From assembly GCA_963836075.1 (NCBI GenBank), contig CAWIIB010000009.1:1952001-2016000 (forward strand): a DNA stretch of 64,000 nt, written 5' to 3'. A model generated the notes under the pieces. It was not told the DNA's origin, ran no database searches, and worked only from the letters and a program-made list of their open reading frames with translations. How positions within the stretch are numbered: the first letter of the stretch is position 1; each line of letters begins with the position of its first letter. Shown here one piece after another: positions 32,551 to 42,916 of this stretch. The position numbers were made by a program, and so were the translations under genes. The DNA comes from an uncultured Acidobacteriota bacterium (GTDB lineage Bacteria > Acidobacteriota > JAQAZP01).

Positions 32551-33717
32551 TCAGGGTGCGATCCCGGTCACCGTGCAACTGTCCGAAGCCGTGTCGCCGG
32601 CCGGCGGGTAGGGTGGCTGGTTGTATGGCTCGGGGGTGACATCTTCGGCCAGCAGCAGGAAGTGGTTGTCCCCGATCACCGAACCGAGGGCCGGGATGGT
32701 GAGGCCAAAGGTGCTGGCGAAACTCTCCCCGGCCGCCACGTTGGTGTATCCGGCACGCCAGCCGGGGAACCAGGCGCCACCGGCCAGGGTGACGTCGATG
32801 CGGCCGGCAATCCGGCGCCGCTGCCCCTGGTAGAGGTTGTCCAGGGTCAGGGTGATCAGGGACTGGAACGGCACCGTGCCCGATGAGGGCGAGCAGTCCA
32901 GGGCGACGGAAACGGTTTCGCCGGGAACCGGGGATGTGTTGGGAACCAGGTTGTCCACGGCGGCCCGGTTGCTGCCCGAGGCTCTCAGCTGCAGCCACAT
33001 GGTGTCCCAGGTCTCCGGCCCGGCATCGGGATGCAGCCGGCCCAGCTGGAGGTTGATCCCCTGCAGTCCGCTCACCGCCTGGAACTCGGTGTCGCCGTCG
33101 GTGATGTTGAGATAGAACAGGCTCCCCGCCCCCTCTCCGCCGTTGGCGGTGAAGTCGATGCGCAGTTCCATGCGGTACCAGTCATTGCCGCTGTTTCCTG
33201 CGCCAAAGGGCGTGGATGTGGACGCGCCGAAGTTGGCCTCCCGCAGAGTGAAGTTCCTGTCGTAGTCGCCGAAGACCGGCCCCAGCTCGCCGCCGCTGCC
33301 GTTGCTGTAGGGGTCCTCTTCCAGGACGCCGTCACCGTCCAGGTCGTGGCCCAGTCCGAAGAGGGCGAGGTGCTCGCCGTTGAGCTCGAACCGGATCACC
33401 GCATCGGTGGCGGATGAGTTGAACGCCGTGAAACCGAATGCGGTATCGTTGGCCCGGGCGAGATAGACATCCTCGTCAAAGGCCACGGTGGGCAGCGGAC
33501 GGGCGACTTTTGTATCATTGCCGGTATCGTCGAGGTAGATCACACCATCGCCCTGGCCCGGTTTGTCCACCCAGTTGTCATGGCCGTCAATAAAACTGTG
33601 GATCGACAGGGATTCAAAATCGTAGACCTCGGGCGTCTGTGCCGACACCGGGGAGTTCCCGCAAAAAACAGCAATGATAAAAAGCGCGGCGGCCAATACT
33701 TTCCACGGGTGATACAT
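32551..33717 (-). CDS. Secreted hypothetical protein (beta-rich) with C-terminal module A
   Basis: Signal peptide; ends WRAGYTN...PYNQPPYPP...TGIAP. Confidence 0.75.
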   Translation of the reverse strand: MYHPWKVLAAALFIIAVFCGNSPVSAQTPEVYDFESLSIHSFIDGHDNWVDKPGQGDGVIYLDDTGNDTKVARPLPTVAFDEDVYLARANDTAFGFTAFNSSATDAVIRFELNGEHLALFGLGHDLDGDGVLEEDPYSNGSGGELGPVFGDYDRNFTLREANFGASTSTPFGAGNSGNDWYRMELRIDFTANGGEGAGSLFYLNITDGDTEFQAVSGLQGINLQLGRLHPDAGPETWDTMWLQLRASGSNRAAVDNLVPNTSPVPGETVSVALDCSPSSGTVPFQSLITLTLDNLYQGQRRRIAGRIDVTLAGGAWFPGWRAGYTNVAAGESFASTFGLTIPALGSVIGDNHFLLLAEDVTPEPYNQPPYPPAGDTASDSCTVTGIAP

Positions 33718-33786
33718 CTTCATCCTCATACGTTCAACCGCAAATTCATCAATTTCCAACTCTTCCGATTATACCCCTGAATATAA

Positions 33787-33821
33787 ACAGGGAACCAGGG
33801 CTTTGGACCCCGGTTCCCTGT
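33787..33821. terminator. Hairpin downstream of the peroxidase operon
   Basis: ACAGGGAACC/GGTTCCCTGT inverted repeat. Confidence 0.5.
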
Positions 33822-33856
33822 GTTATGGTCACGCTGAATTACTGTCCCGGCCGTCC

Positions 33857-34270
33857 TCAGTGCTTGCCCGGGGCGATGGCCACCCCCTTGCGCTCGGTCA
33901 TCAGGTAGGCCTCGATGGCGATCATCTCGGCGCTGTCCAGGTCCAGCGGGTCCCCCTCCAGCGGGTTGCGCAGGCACCAGTTGATCATGTCGCGCAGGGC
34001 CACCACCTTGCCCAGTTGCTGCTGGAACTTGGGGTAGGTCTCGGGGTGGGTGTTGGCTCCGTTGGGGTGGCACTGGCCGCAGGCCACGCCGTTGGTCCCC
34101 AGGTCACCGCTGCCCCAGAGTTCGCGGCCGTAGGTCACCACACTCTGGTATTCCTTGTCCCAGCGCTTGAGATCCTCCTCGGTGAACTCGTCGGTGCGCA
34201 CCACCACGCTGGCCAGCGCCACCGACAGGACGAGCACCACCACTGCGACTCCGGCATATTTTTTCCACAT
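33857..34270 (-). CDS. Periplasmic monoheme cytochrome c (SoxA-like domain)
   Basis: CGQCH heme motif, TYPKF and INWC motifs, signal peptide. Confidence 0.85.
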   Translation of the reverse strand: MWKKYAGVAVVVLVLSVALASVVVRTDEFTEEDLKRWDKEYQSVVTYGRELWGSGDLGTNGVACGQCHPNGANTHPETYPKFQQQLGKVVALRDMINWCLRNPLEGDPLDLDSAEMIAIEAYLMTERKGVAIAPGKH

Positions 34271-34282
34271 GGCTCACTCCTA

Positions 34283-35362
34283 TCAGTAGTGTAACTGGGG
34301 CGGGATACGTGTTGATTCGTCCTGGAACGATGTGTCTTCGGGGCGTCCGGTCTTGGGGTTGAACTTCACCGTGCGAGCGGTGTTGTTGTAGAGCGTGTAG
34401 TTCATTCCGGTGCGGCCGGCCGCCAGGTCGACGGTCTGCCAGCCGGTGGCGTCCCGCTCGAAGAAGGGGTCGGCGCGGTTCATCGGCACGGTCATCACCG
34501 GCCAGTCCATCTCCACCTGAGCGTAGCTCTCGGGGTAAGGCCAGGGCCAGGCAGTGGCCATCACCGACTGGAAGGCGATGTTGCCGATCTGGTTGTACTG
34601 GATCTGGTGCACGTGGCCGTAAAGTACGGTGGCGCTGTCATAGGGCTGGAGTAGCGCCTGGATCTCCTCGGCGTCATCGGTCCAGAAATTCCAGCCCTTG
34701 AAGATCTTCTGGATCGGCGAGTGGGAGAATACCACCACCGGGGTGGTGACGGGCACCGCGGACAGGTCCTGCTTCAGCCACTCCCGCTGGGCCTCGCCCA
34801 CCATGAAGGGCGAACCGTTGGGGTTGTCCAGCCCGGCCATCTCCAGCATCCGCTGTTCGGCACTGGGCCAGCGTTCGTGGGTCCACTCGTCGAAGGTCAG
34901 GATGCTGTTCAGCACCACGAAGTGTACGCCCTTGTGGTCGAAGCTGTAGTACTGCGGGCCGAAGAGCTTGGACCAGTATTCCCCGAGGTCGAGGTAGTAG
35001 TCGTGCTCACCCATCACGCAGTGGGTCTTGTATTTAAGCTTGGACAGCATCTCGGCGCCGTGGTCCAGCTCCGGCTTTGTGCCCAGCTGGGCCAGGTCAC
35101 CGCCGAACATCACGAAATCGGGCTCGGGCACCATCAGGTTGGTCTCGGCCACCGCGCGGATCAGGCCGCGGTCCCAGTTGCGGACGAACTTCGTGCCGCT
35201 GATGTGCTGGATGTGCGAGTCGGAGATGTAGGCGAAGGTGAAGTCCTTCTTCTCATCGGCAAAGGCCAGCCGGATGCTGCTCACCGGAAGCAGGCCGGCC
35301 CCGGCCGCCAGGCCGGCCGCCTTGAGGAAACTGCGCCGGGTGATCGAGGGTCGTTTGTTCAT
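34283..35362 (-). CDS. Tat-exported calcineurin-like metallophosphoesterase
   Basis: TRRSFLK Tat signal; DSH, GGD, GEHD and GHVH motifs. Confidence 0.9.
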   Translation of the reverse strand: MNKRPSITRRSFLKAAGLAAGAGLLPVSSIRLAFADEKKDFTFAYISDSHIQHISGTKFVRNWDRGLIRAVAETNLMVPEPDFVMFGGDLAQLGTKPELDHGAEMLSKLKYKTHCVMGEHDYYLDLGEYWSKLFGPQYYSFDHKGVHFVVLNSILTFDEWTHERWPSAEQRMLEMAGLDNPNGSPFMVGEAQREWLKQDLSAVPVTTPVVVFSHSPIQKIFKGWNFWTDDAEEIQALLQPYDSATVLYGHVHQIQYNQIGNIAFQSVMATAWPWPYPESYAQVEMDWPVMTVPMNRADPFFERDATGWQTVDLAAGRTGMNYTLYNNTARTVKFNPKTGRPEDTSFQDESTRIPPQLHY

Positions 35363-36492
35363 GGCTTTTCCTCCCGCAGCTCGGCACTGGTCAGCGCTTC
35401 CATGAAGGCCACGAGGTCGTCGATCTGCTCGTCGCTGAGATCCAGCGGCCGGATCCCGCCGCTGAGGAAATCGTTCACCGGATCGCCCTCGTTGGTCACT
35501 CCGCCGTTGTTGTAGTGCTCCACCACCTCCTTCAGGGTCTCGATGCTGCCGTCGTGCATGTAGGGGGCGGTGAGGTCGATGTTGCGCAGGGTGGGCGTCT
35601 TGAAGGCGCCCAGGTCGTTGAACTTGCGGTCCACGGCAAAGCGGCCCAGCTCGGAGGTCCGGGCATCGCCCAGCACCTGCACGTCCACCTCGGCCAGGGT
35701 GTAGTCGGCCTCGAGGAAGGCGTGGGCCAGCTGGGGCACGTCGGCCTGGATGTCGTTGATCCCCACTCCGATGTTGTGGAAGCGGTTGTCGGTGAACAGC
35801 GCCTGGGTCTGCTCGATGAGGTGGCAGGAGACGCAGCGGCCCTGGTTGATGAAGATGTCCAGGCCGCGCACCTGCTGTTCGGTGAGCGCCCTGGGATCAT
35901 TGAGATAGTAATAGCGGTCGAAGGGTGAGTTGCCGAAGACCTGGGTCCGCTCGAAAGCGGCGATGGCCTTGGTCACATGATCCATCGTGGTCTCGTTGCC
36001 CTTGATGCCGAAGACGGATTCGAAGGCCGCGACATATTCGGGGTCGCTGCGCACGATGTCGATGATCGGCTGGTGGTTGGCCAGCCCCATCTCCACCGGG
36101 TTGGTGGGGGGGTGCAGGGCCTGGTCCTCGAGGCTGGGGGAGCGGCCGTCCCAGAACTGGGTCGTCATGTAGGCTGCGTTGAGCACGGTGGGTGCGTTGC
36201 GTGTGCCGGTGAGCTTGTTGATCCCCTCGGAGGTCTTGAGCGGGCTGTCGGTGAACGCCTTCTCCTTGTCGTGGCAGGTGGCGCAACTCACCTCGCCGGT
36301 GGTACTGAACCGTTCATCGTGGAACAGCTTGTCACCCAGGGCGATTTTCTCAGGTGTCTGCGGATTGTCTTCGGGGATGGGGACCGGCGGCAGGCCCAGC
36401 GGCGGCCCGTCTCCCGCAACGGCCTGGAGCGCCGGGCCGGTTAGAACAAGCATTCCCGCGAACAGGAATGCCAGCAGGAACTGTTTCCTCAT
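35359..36492 (-). CDS. Diheme cytochrome c peroxidase/MauG-family protein
   Basis: CATCH, CVSCH, RNAPT, QFWDGR, KTPTLRN and PYMHDG motifs. Confidence 0.92.
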   Translation of the reverse strand: MRKQFLLAFLFAGMLVLTGPALQAVAGDGPPLGLPPVPIPEDNPQTPEKIALGDKLFHDERFSTTGEVSCATCHDKEKAFTDSPLKTSEGINKLTGTRNAPTVLNAAYMTTQFWDGRSPSLEDQALHPPTNPVEMGLANHQPIIDIVRSDPEYVAAFESVFGIKGNETTMDHVTKAIAAFERTQVFGNSPFDRYYYLNDPRALTEQQVRGLDIFINQGRCVSCHLIEQTQALFTDNRFHNIGVGINDIQADVPQLAHAFLEADYTLAEVDVQVLGDARTSELGRFAVDRKFNDLGAFKTPTLRNIDLTAPYMHDGSIETLKEVVEHYNNGGVTNEGDPVNDFLSGGIRPLDLSDEQIDDLVAFMEALTSAELREEKP

Positions 36493-36585
36493 GGTGTCAC
36501 CTCGTCGATGGCGGCGGCGGAAGACCCTGGATTGTCCTTCCGCCGACGGGGTTTAAAAGAAAGGGATGAACAGAAAGCATTATGG

Positions 36586-37044
36586 TTATCGAGTGTCTTT
36601 CCCGGTCTCTTCGCGGCACTCCCTGCAGATGCCCCGAAGCTGGACCCGGTAATCGGTAACTTCAAAACCGGCGGACGACGTGTCCGGTATCTCGAGCTCA
36701 CCCAGCTGCTCGTTCTCGAAATCGATCATCCGGTCGCAGTGCATGCAGACCAGGTGGTGGTGGCTGTCGGTGGTGACGTCGTAGCGTGCCACCCGGCCCG
36801 GGTGACAGGCTTTGCTGATCACCCCGAGACCGACCATAAAATCGAGGGTACGGTGGACCGTGGCCCGGGAGATGCCGGGGCCGTTGTCACGCACCGCCTC
36901 GAAGACCTGGTCGGCGGAAGGGTGGTCCAGACGGTCCAGGACCGCTTCGAGAACAATCCGCCGCTGCAGGGTGCAGGGGATGCCCCGCTCCCTGCAGAGG
37001 GCTTCCAGTTCTCTCAGCCGTTCCTGTTTCTGCCGGCTGTTCAT
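36586..37044 (-). CDS. Fur/PerR-family transcriptional regulator
   Basis: TLQR, HPSA, SRATV, HHHLVCxxC and C-terminal CxxC. Confidence 0.9.
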   Translation of the reverse strand: MNSRQKQERLRELEALCRERGIPCTLQRRIVLEAVLDRLDHPSADQVFEAVRDNGPGISRATVHRTLDFMVGLGVISKACHPGRVARYDVTTDSHHHLVCMHCDRMIDFENEQLGELEIPDTSSAGFEVTDYRVQLRGICRECREETGKDTR

Positions 37045-37075
37045 CCGCGGGTGTCAGACTCCAGTGGTTTGCAGA

Positions 37076-37090
37076 TGAGAATTTATCTCA
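37076..37090. promoter_or_regulatory. Fur/Per-box-like palindrome
   Basis: TGAGAATTTATCTCA about 30 nt upstream of the Fur-family start codon. Confidence 0.5.
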
Positions 37091-37266
37091 AATGATATTT
37101 GTAGTCAATAGCCCATTAAGCGGCTGTGTTATAGCAGCTTACAAATTGAAGCAATGATTCGAGTGCTATTTTGTTGTGAATTTGGTGCCTGAAAGCTGGC
37201 GCAGTGATAATTATGCGTTCCGGGATGGAATTCGTCAACCACTGATTACCGAAATCTTGGTCGGAA

Positions 37267-39556
37267 TCAAGGTGTATCGAAAATACCCCCCGCCACCGTC
37301 CCTCCGCAGAGCAGCCCTTGGTCGGCGTAGGCGTCGAACTCGACCACACTCATCGCTTCGGTGTACAGATTGGTGACCCGCCAGGCCGCAACCATGGCCG
37401 GCTCCCGGCTGTCCGGCCCCGGGACGGTGATGATATCGACGATCCCGTCGCCGTGGACGTCGGCGGCGGCCACGCGGACACCGCAGCGGGTGTCGTCATA
37501 CTCGTAGGCGAAGTAGTTCACCTCCGGCATCGCGGTGACCCCGGCGCCGTCATAGTGCCAGCCGCGCACCTGGGCGCCGAAAACGGGGGAGGGGCCCGGG
37601 CCGGTGAGGATCTCATCCCGGCCGTCACCGTCGATGTCGCCGCAGGCCACGTTGACCCCGTATCTCAGGGTGCCGTAGGCGAAGTAGCTGATCCCGGTGA
37701 TCGGCTGTGCCGCTGTACCGTCGATGTTCCAACCACGGACGTGGGGCCCGAACACCGGGCCGGGGCCGGCACCGGTGACGATCTCGTCGATACCGTCGCC
37801 GTCGATGTCGCCGCAGGCTGTGTTGACGCCCCACTTGAGGGTGCCGTAGGCGAAAAAGCTGACCCCGGGGACCGGCTGAACTGCAGCGCCGTCCACGTTC
37901 CAGCCGCGGACGTGGGGCCCGAACACCGCACCGGGCCCGGCGCCGGTGACGATCTCGTCGAACCCGTCACCGTCGATGTCCCCGCAGGCCACGTTCACCC
38001 CGTACCTGTTCGTGCCGTAGGCCAGGTAGCTGACCCCGGGCACCGGCTGGCCAGATGGGCTGAAGCCCCGGACGTGGGGGCCGAAGATGGCGCCCGGGCC
38101 CGGACCGGTGACGATTTCGTCCAGGCCGTTGCCGTCCAGGTCGCCGCAGGCCACGTTGGCTCCCCAGGCCTGGGCCCCGTACGCCGCCCACGATTCGAGC
38201 GGGATCTCGTCGCCCAGCGGATCGAAGCACCTGACCAGCGGCGGATTGATCGCCGCCGGCCCCGGGCCGGTGACCAGGGTCAGCACCGGGTAGTCCAACT
38301 CATCGTAATACGCGTGGAGAAATTCGTCCCAGGCCGTGTCGGCGGGGAAGTCGAGCTCTACCGCTTCGGTACTGCGGGTCGTACAGCCGCCCGCTCCGGG
38401 GAAAGGAAATGCTCAGGCCGCGGGCGTTTTCCTCGATCGACCCATGGCATTCGGCCACCACCGCGGTTTCCATGGCGGTGCGCACCGCCTGGAGGTCGTC
38501 GAGGATCACCGGGTCGTCGGTCAGTCCGGCCAGCTGTTCGGCGAAGTGGTGGACGTCGATCAGGCCGTAACGTTCGGCGCCCCAGAGGCAGAACTCCTGG
38601 GAGCGGTGGCGGGCCAGACGAATCGGATCGACCAGCGTATCGAGGCGGGGGATCAGGTCGGTGGCCAGCTGGTCGATGGCCGCGGCGGCCCCGGCCATTG
38701 CCGAGGTGTCGGTGGCGCTCATGGTCAGGTAGGTGTAGTCCTGATAGTAGTTGTTCTCCCCCACCAGCCGGATGAGCTCCGCCCCCAGCTCCGCGGACGG
38801 AGTGTCCGGCGCGGCAATGAGCGTGTCGCAGAAGCCGTCGAAAATCCCGTTCCAGCGGGCATATCCGCTCAGTTCCTCGCTGCCCACGTAGACCCCCACG
38901 CTCTCCCGCAGTTCGTAGACCGACTCGAAGCAGCCCATCAGGCAGGGGGCGGTGAAACAGAGCAGGTCCACCGGCCCCGCCTCGCCCAGCGCCAGCTGGA
39001 AATCGTTCATGGTCAGGATGTCGTCGCCGTCGGTTTCGTCAACGCAGGCGCCCCGCCAGGCGCCACCATGGTCGTAGCAGGCCAGCAGGTAGCGGTCTGC
39101 CGGGTAGTTTGCCTTCGCGTAGAGCAGGAAATCCCGCAGCGTGTCGGGGTGGCCCATGTTCAACTCGCCGAGGTCGTCCAGCCTGGTCATCTCGTGGTTC
39201 TCACCGATGTGCCAGATGTCGGCTTCCCTGTAATCCCCGTCCCTGAGAACGAGGACGTTGAGATTCGGTCCCGAGTGGGCGTCCCGGGCGAAATCGTTCA
39301 GCGGGTCGTAGGCGTAGTAGAAGTCGGCGTCGTCGTAGAGGAGGATGGTCCAGGTGGTGGCCCCGGGGGAAGGGTTGGGCCGTTCAGGCACTTCCACTGA
39401 CGGGCGGAGTCGGTGGACCGGCCGGTCCTTTGCCTCGAGGACGCGCAGGGAATCGTTCGGCGAGGGGTAGAACCCGCTTCCCCGGATCTCATCCCCCTTG
39501 GCGGTCGGAGGGAGAAGGACGATGGCCAGCAGCAGGACAAAGAGGGTGCGGATCAT
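37267..39556 (-). CDS. Clostripain-like (C11) peptidase with C-terminal module B (apparent frameshift near 38368)
   Basis: ELNMG, DHGGAW and APCLM motifs; removing one C restores collinearity with the paralog at 39553..41748. Confidence 0.82.
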
Positions 39557-41748
39557 TGGAGTGTACCTCCGGCAATGGTTCCCCCGTGATTCAGCCCCAG
39601 GTCGACGTAGGCATCGATCTCGGCCCGGTTGACCGCAATCACGGTACCATTGGACATGCGCCAGGTGAGAACCAGGGCCGGTTCGTCGGGGTCTGGTCCC
39701 GGGACGGTGAGTATCTCGTCGATGCCGTCGCCGTGGATGTCGGCGGAGGCCAGCTGGACACCGTAGCGGGTAAAAGCGAAATAGTAGGCGAGGAAGTTCA
39801 CTTCGGGCATGGGTGAGACCGAGACGCCGTCATAGCGCCAGCCGCGCACGTGGGCGCCGAACCGATTTGACGGCCCCGGTCCGGTGAGGATCTCGTCCCT
39901 GCCGTCTCCATCCAGGTCGCCGCAGGCCACGTTGACTCCCCACCTGTTGGTTCCGTAGGCGAAATAGCTGACGCCGGGGAGCGGTTGGGCCGCAGCACCG
40001 TCCACGTTCCAGCCGCGCACGTGGGGCCCGAACACCGTGCCGGGGCCGGCGCCGGTGACGATCTCGTCAAAGCCGTCGCCGTCCAGGTCGCCGCAGGCCA
40101 CGTTGACCCCCCACTTGAGGGTGCCGTAGGCGAAGTAGCTGACACCGGGGATGGACTGAACTGTCGTGCCATCCACGTTCCAGCCGCGGACGTGGGGGCC
40201 GAAGACCGCGCCGGGTCCGGGTCCGGTGACGATTTCATCGTATCCGTCCCCGTCCAGGTCACCGCAGGCCACGTTGGCGCCATATTTGTTTGTGCCGTAG
40301 GCCAGGTAACTCACCCCCGGGACCGGTTCGCCGGTGGGGCTGAACCCGCGGACGTGGGGGCCGAAGATGGCTCCGGGGCCCGGTCCGGTGACGATCTCGT
40401 CAAAGCCGTCGCCGTCCAGGTCGCCGCAGGCCACGTTGACCCCCCAGGCCTGGACACCATACGCATGAAAATGACCCTGCATGTCGCCGAATTCCACCGG
40501 GTCGAAGGTCCGGACCAGGGGCGGGTTCTCCGCCCCGGGACCGGGTCCGGTGACGATCATCTCCGCCGGCAGGCCCAGGGCGTCGTAGTAGGCGCCCAGG
40601 AACTCGTCCCAGGCGGTGTCGTCGGCAAAATCGAGCTGCACCGATTCATAGGCCGGGTCGTAGAGCGGCCCGCCACGGTGATAATAGACAGAGAGCCCAT
40701 GGGCCCGCGCATGGATTGGCCCGTGGCACTCGGCCACCACGGCGTCGTCGATGGCCGCTTGAACGCTCTCCAGGTCCTGGAGGATCACCGGGTCGCTGGT
40801 CAGGCCGGCGAGCTGATCGCAGTAATCGTGGAGATCCACCATGCCGAGGTGGTCCGCATACTCCTCCCCCATTTCGTGCGACTGGTTGCGGGCCAGCCGG
40901 AGCTCATCGGTGAGTGAACCGAGGCGGGGGATCAGGTCCTGCCCCAGTCTGTCCACGGCCGTGGCAGCCACGGTGGTGGCGCTGGTGTTGACGGCGCTCA
41001 TGGTCAGGCGACGGTGGTCCTCCCAGTAGTCGTTTTCATCCACCAGCCGAATGATGTCCGCCCCGATGCTTGCTGACGAGTCATCCGGGGAGGAAATGAG
41101 CCGGTCACAGATATCGCCCATGATCTCCAGCCAGTAGATGTAGCCGCTCAACTCTTCGCTGCCCACGTAGATGTCGACGCAGTCCCGCAGCTCGTACGCC
41201 GATTCGATGGCGCCCATGTTGCACGGCGCGGTGAAGCAGATCAGGTCCACCCCCCCGGCCGCGGTGAGTGCCAGCTTGAAGTCGTTCATCGAAAGTTTGT
41301 CGTCGCCGTCGGTGTGGTCGCGGCACGCCCCGGACCAGCCTCCGCCGTGACCGTAGGCGGCCAGCAGATGGCGGTCGGCAGGATAGTGTGTCTTGCCCCA
41401 TTCGAGGAAGGAGAGCAGGGTGTCGGGGTGGCCCATGTTCACCTCGCCCCAGTCCTCGAGGTGGGTCAGTTCGTGATTCTGGCCGACGTGCCACAGGTCA
41501 GCCGGTCCCGCATCCCGGTCCCGCAGGACGATCACGTTGAGGTTCGGCCCTGAGTGGGCGTCCAGGGCAAAGGGCTCCAGCGGATCGAAGGCGCTCTCAA
41601 AATCGGCGTTGTCGTAGAAAAAGAGTGTCCAGGTGGTGCCGCCGGGGGATGGTTCAGACGCCGCAGCGGGAGCGCAGACAAGCAGGGCCAGAACCAGGAC
41701 GGCGGTGAGATTCATCCGGCTCAGAAAGCGCGGGGTAAAACGTAGCAT
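39553..41748 (-). CDS. Clostripain-like (C11) peptidase with C-terminal module B
   Basis: EVNMG, GHGGGW, APCNM, GSEE and GLSVY motifs; GDLDGDG repeats. Confidence 0.85.
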   Translation of the reverse strand: MLRFTPRFLSRMNLTAVLVLALLVCAPAAASEPSPGGTTWTLFFYDNADFESAFDPLEPFALDAHSGPNLNVIVLRDRDAGPADLWHVGQNHELTHLEDWGEVNMGHPDTLLSFLEWGKTHYPADRHLLAAYGHGGGWSGACRDHTDGDDKLSMNDFKLALTAAGGVDLICFTAPCNMGAIESAYELRDCVDIYVGSEELSGYIYWLEIMGDICDRLISSPDDSSASIGADIIRLVDENDYWEDHRRLTMSAVNTSATTVAATAVDRLGQDLIPRLGSLTDELRLARNQSHEMGEEYADHLGMVDLHDYCDQLAGLTSDPVILQDLESVQAAIDDAVVAECHGPIHARAHGLSVYYHRGGPLYDPAYESVQLDFADDTAWDEFLGAYYDALGLPAEMIVTGPGPGAENPPLVRTFDPVEFGDMQGHFHAYGVQAWGVNVACGDLDGDGFDEIVTGPGPGAIFGPHVRGFSPTGEPVPGVSYLAYGTNKYGANVACGDLDGDGYDEIVTGPGPGAVFGPHVRGWNVDGTTVQSIPGVSYFAYGTLKWGVNVACGDLDGDGFDEIVTGAGPGTVFGPHVRGWNVDGAAAQPLPGVSYFAYGTNRWGVNVACGDLDGDGRDEILTGPGPSNRFGAHVRGWRYDGVSVSPMPEVNFLAYYFAFTRYGVQLASADIHGDGIDEILTVPGPDPDEPALVLTWRMSNGTVIAVNRAEIDAYVDLGLNHGGTIAGGTLQ

Positions 41749-41823
41749 GGCGATTCCCCCATCATTTTGTACGTTCTACCACAGGGAAACGGCTGCTGCT
41801 GGAAAAAGATCATAAAAAAGTGA

Positions 41824-42828
41824 TTAAACGCGCGGATCGAGGGACGAACCGGGATCGATGCCCAGGGCATCGGCAATGTCCTTCCAGGAGGTGACCAGCA
41901 CTGGGCAGCGCTTGACCTCACCCTCCGCGCCCACGGCATGACAGGTGAACAGGCCGTTGGGGAAGCGGTGGTCGAGGCCCACGCCGCTGACAGCGATGCC
42001 GTCGGTGTGCACTGCCCCTTCGATGGCGAATGCACCGATAAACTCGAACCCATCCCCAAAGCGGTAGACGTGGAAGTTGTCCACCCCCTGGTTGGAGACC
42101 AGCAGGTAGCCCTCACGGTCCGAGAGTGGCAGCACGGCCATCCCCTCCACGTCGGCGGCCAGGCCGTTTTCGCCCACCCGGGCCACCAGCTCCCCCGGTG
42201 CCGGGTCTTGCGGTTCACCGCTCAGGGCCCAGACCCCGAGCTTTTCCTCGGCGACGAAGAGGGTGGCTGAGGCATCGTGGGCCGCCACCCCCTCGCACTG
42301 GCCGATCTGCCAGCGGCGGGCCGGTTCTCCCTGAATGGTGCCGTCGCCGCCGTCATACAGTTCCAGCTGCTCAACCACACCGTCGTCCTTGAAGGTTTTG
42401 ACATAATAGAGTCGGCCGTCCTTTGGGCTCCTGAACAGGCCGCCGCCATACCCCGGCTCGGTGACGATGGAGCCATCGTCCACCCGGCGCAGGGAGCTGT
42501 CTGCCGGGTCCACCACGTAGACCCTGATCAAGCTTCCGTCCCGCCGCTGGTTGAAGACCACCAGGTCCACGGTCTTCCCGCCCAGCAGGACGTTGTATCG
42601 GAGATCGATATTGCCCGGTTTGGGCGTGGCCACCGACTGCACCGTTTCACCGTGGAGGTCATAGACAAAGAGTTGTCCCGCTTTCTTGTCCGAGGCGATG
42701 ATCCGGCTCAGGGAACGATCCGCGGGGTGGATCCAGATGCACATGTCGTCCTGGTCCCGGGCCTGGTCGTCCAGCAGACGGAGCACCGGTTTTATTCTGG
42801 GGATGGCTTCAGCGGCGTTTTCGTTCAT
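41824..42828 (-). CDS. Beta-propeller phytase (3-phytase family)
   Basis: DDMCIWIHP, SDKK, NIDLRY, ADVEG, SNQG and TDGI motifs. Confidence 0.82.
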   Translation of the reverse strand: MNENAAEAIPRIKPVLRLLDDQARDQDDMCIWIHPADRSLSRIIASDKKAGQLFVYDLHGETVQSVATPKPGNIDLRYNVLLGGKTVDLVVFNQRRDGSLIRVYVVDPADSSLRRVDDGSIVTEPGYGGGLFRSPKDGRLYYVKTFKDDGVVEQLELYDGGDGTIQGEPARRWQIGQCEGVAAHDASATLFVAEEKLGVWALSGEPQDPAPGELVARVGENGLAADVEGMAVLPLSDREGYLLVSNQGVDNFHVYRFGDGFEFIGAFAIEGAVHTDGIAVSGVGLDHRFPNGLFTCHAVGAEGEVKRCPVLVTSWKDIADALGIDPGSSLDPRV

Positions 42829-42916
42829 TTTCTGACCTCGGTGAATGCCTGATCCTTGCGGTGGCCGATATTTGCTTTTACCATAGCTTTGAACAGCCGC
42901 AAAGCAGGAGCAGCGC

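Noticed and set aside
37267-40563. Periodic DNA repeats as a CRISPR array or DGR template/variable repeats
   Set aside because: They are in-frame protein repeats varying at synonymous sites. There are no spacers, no cas or reverse transcriptase gene, and no adenine-specific variation.
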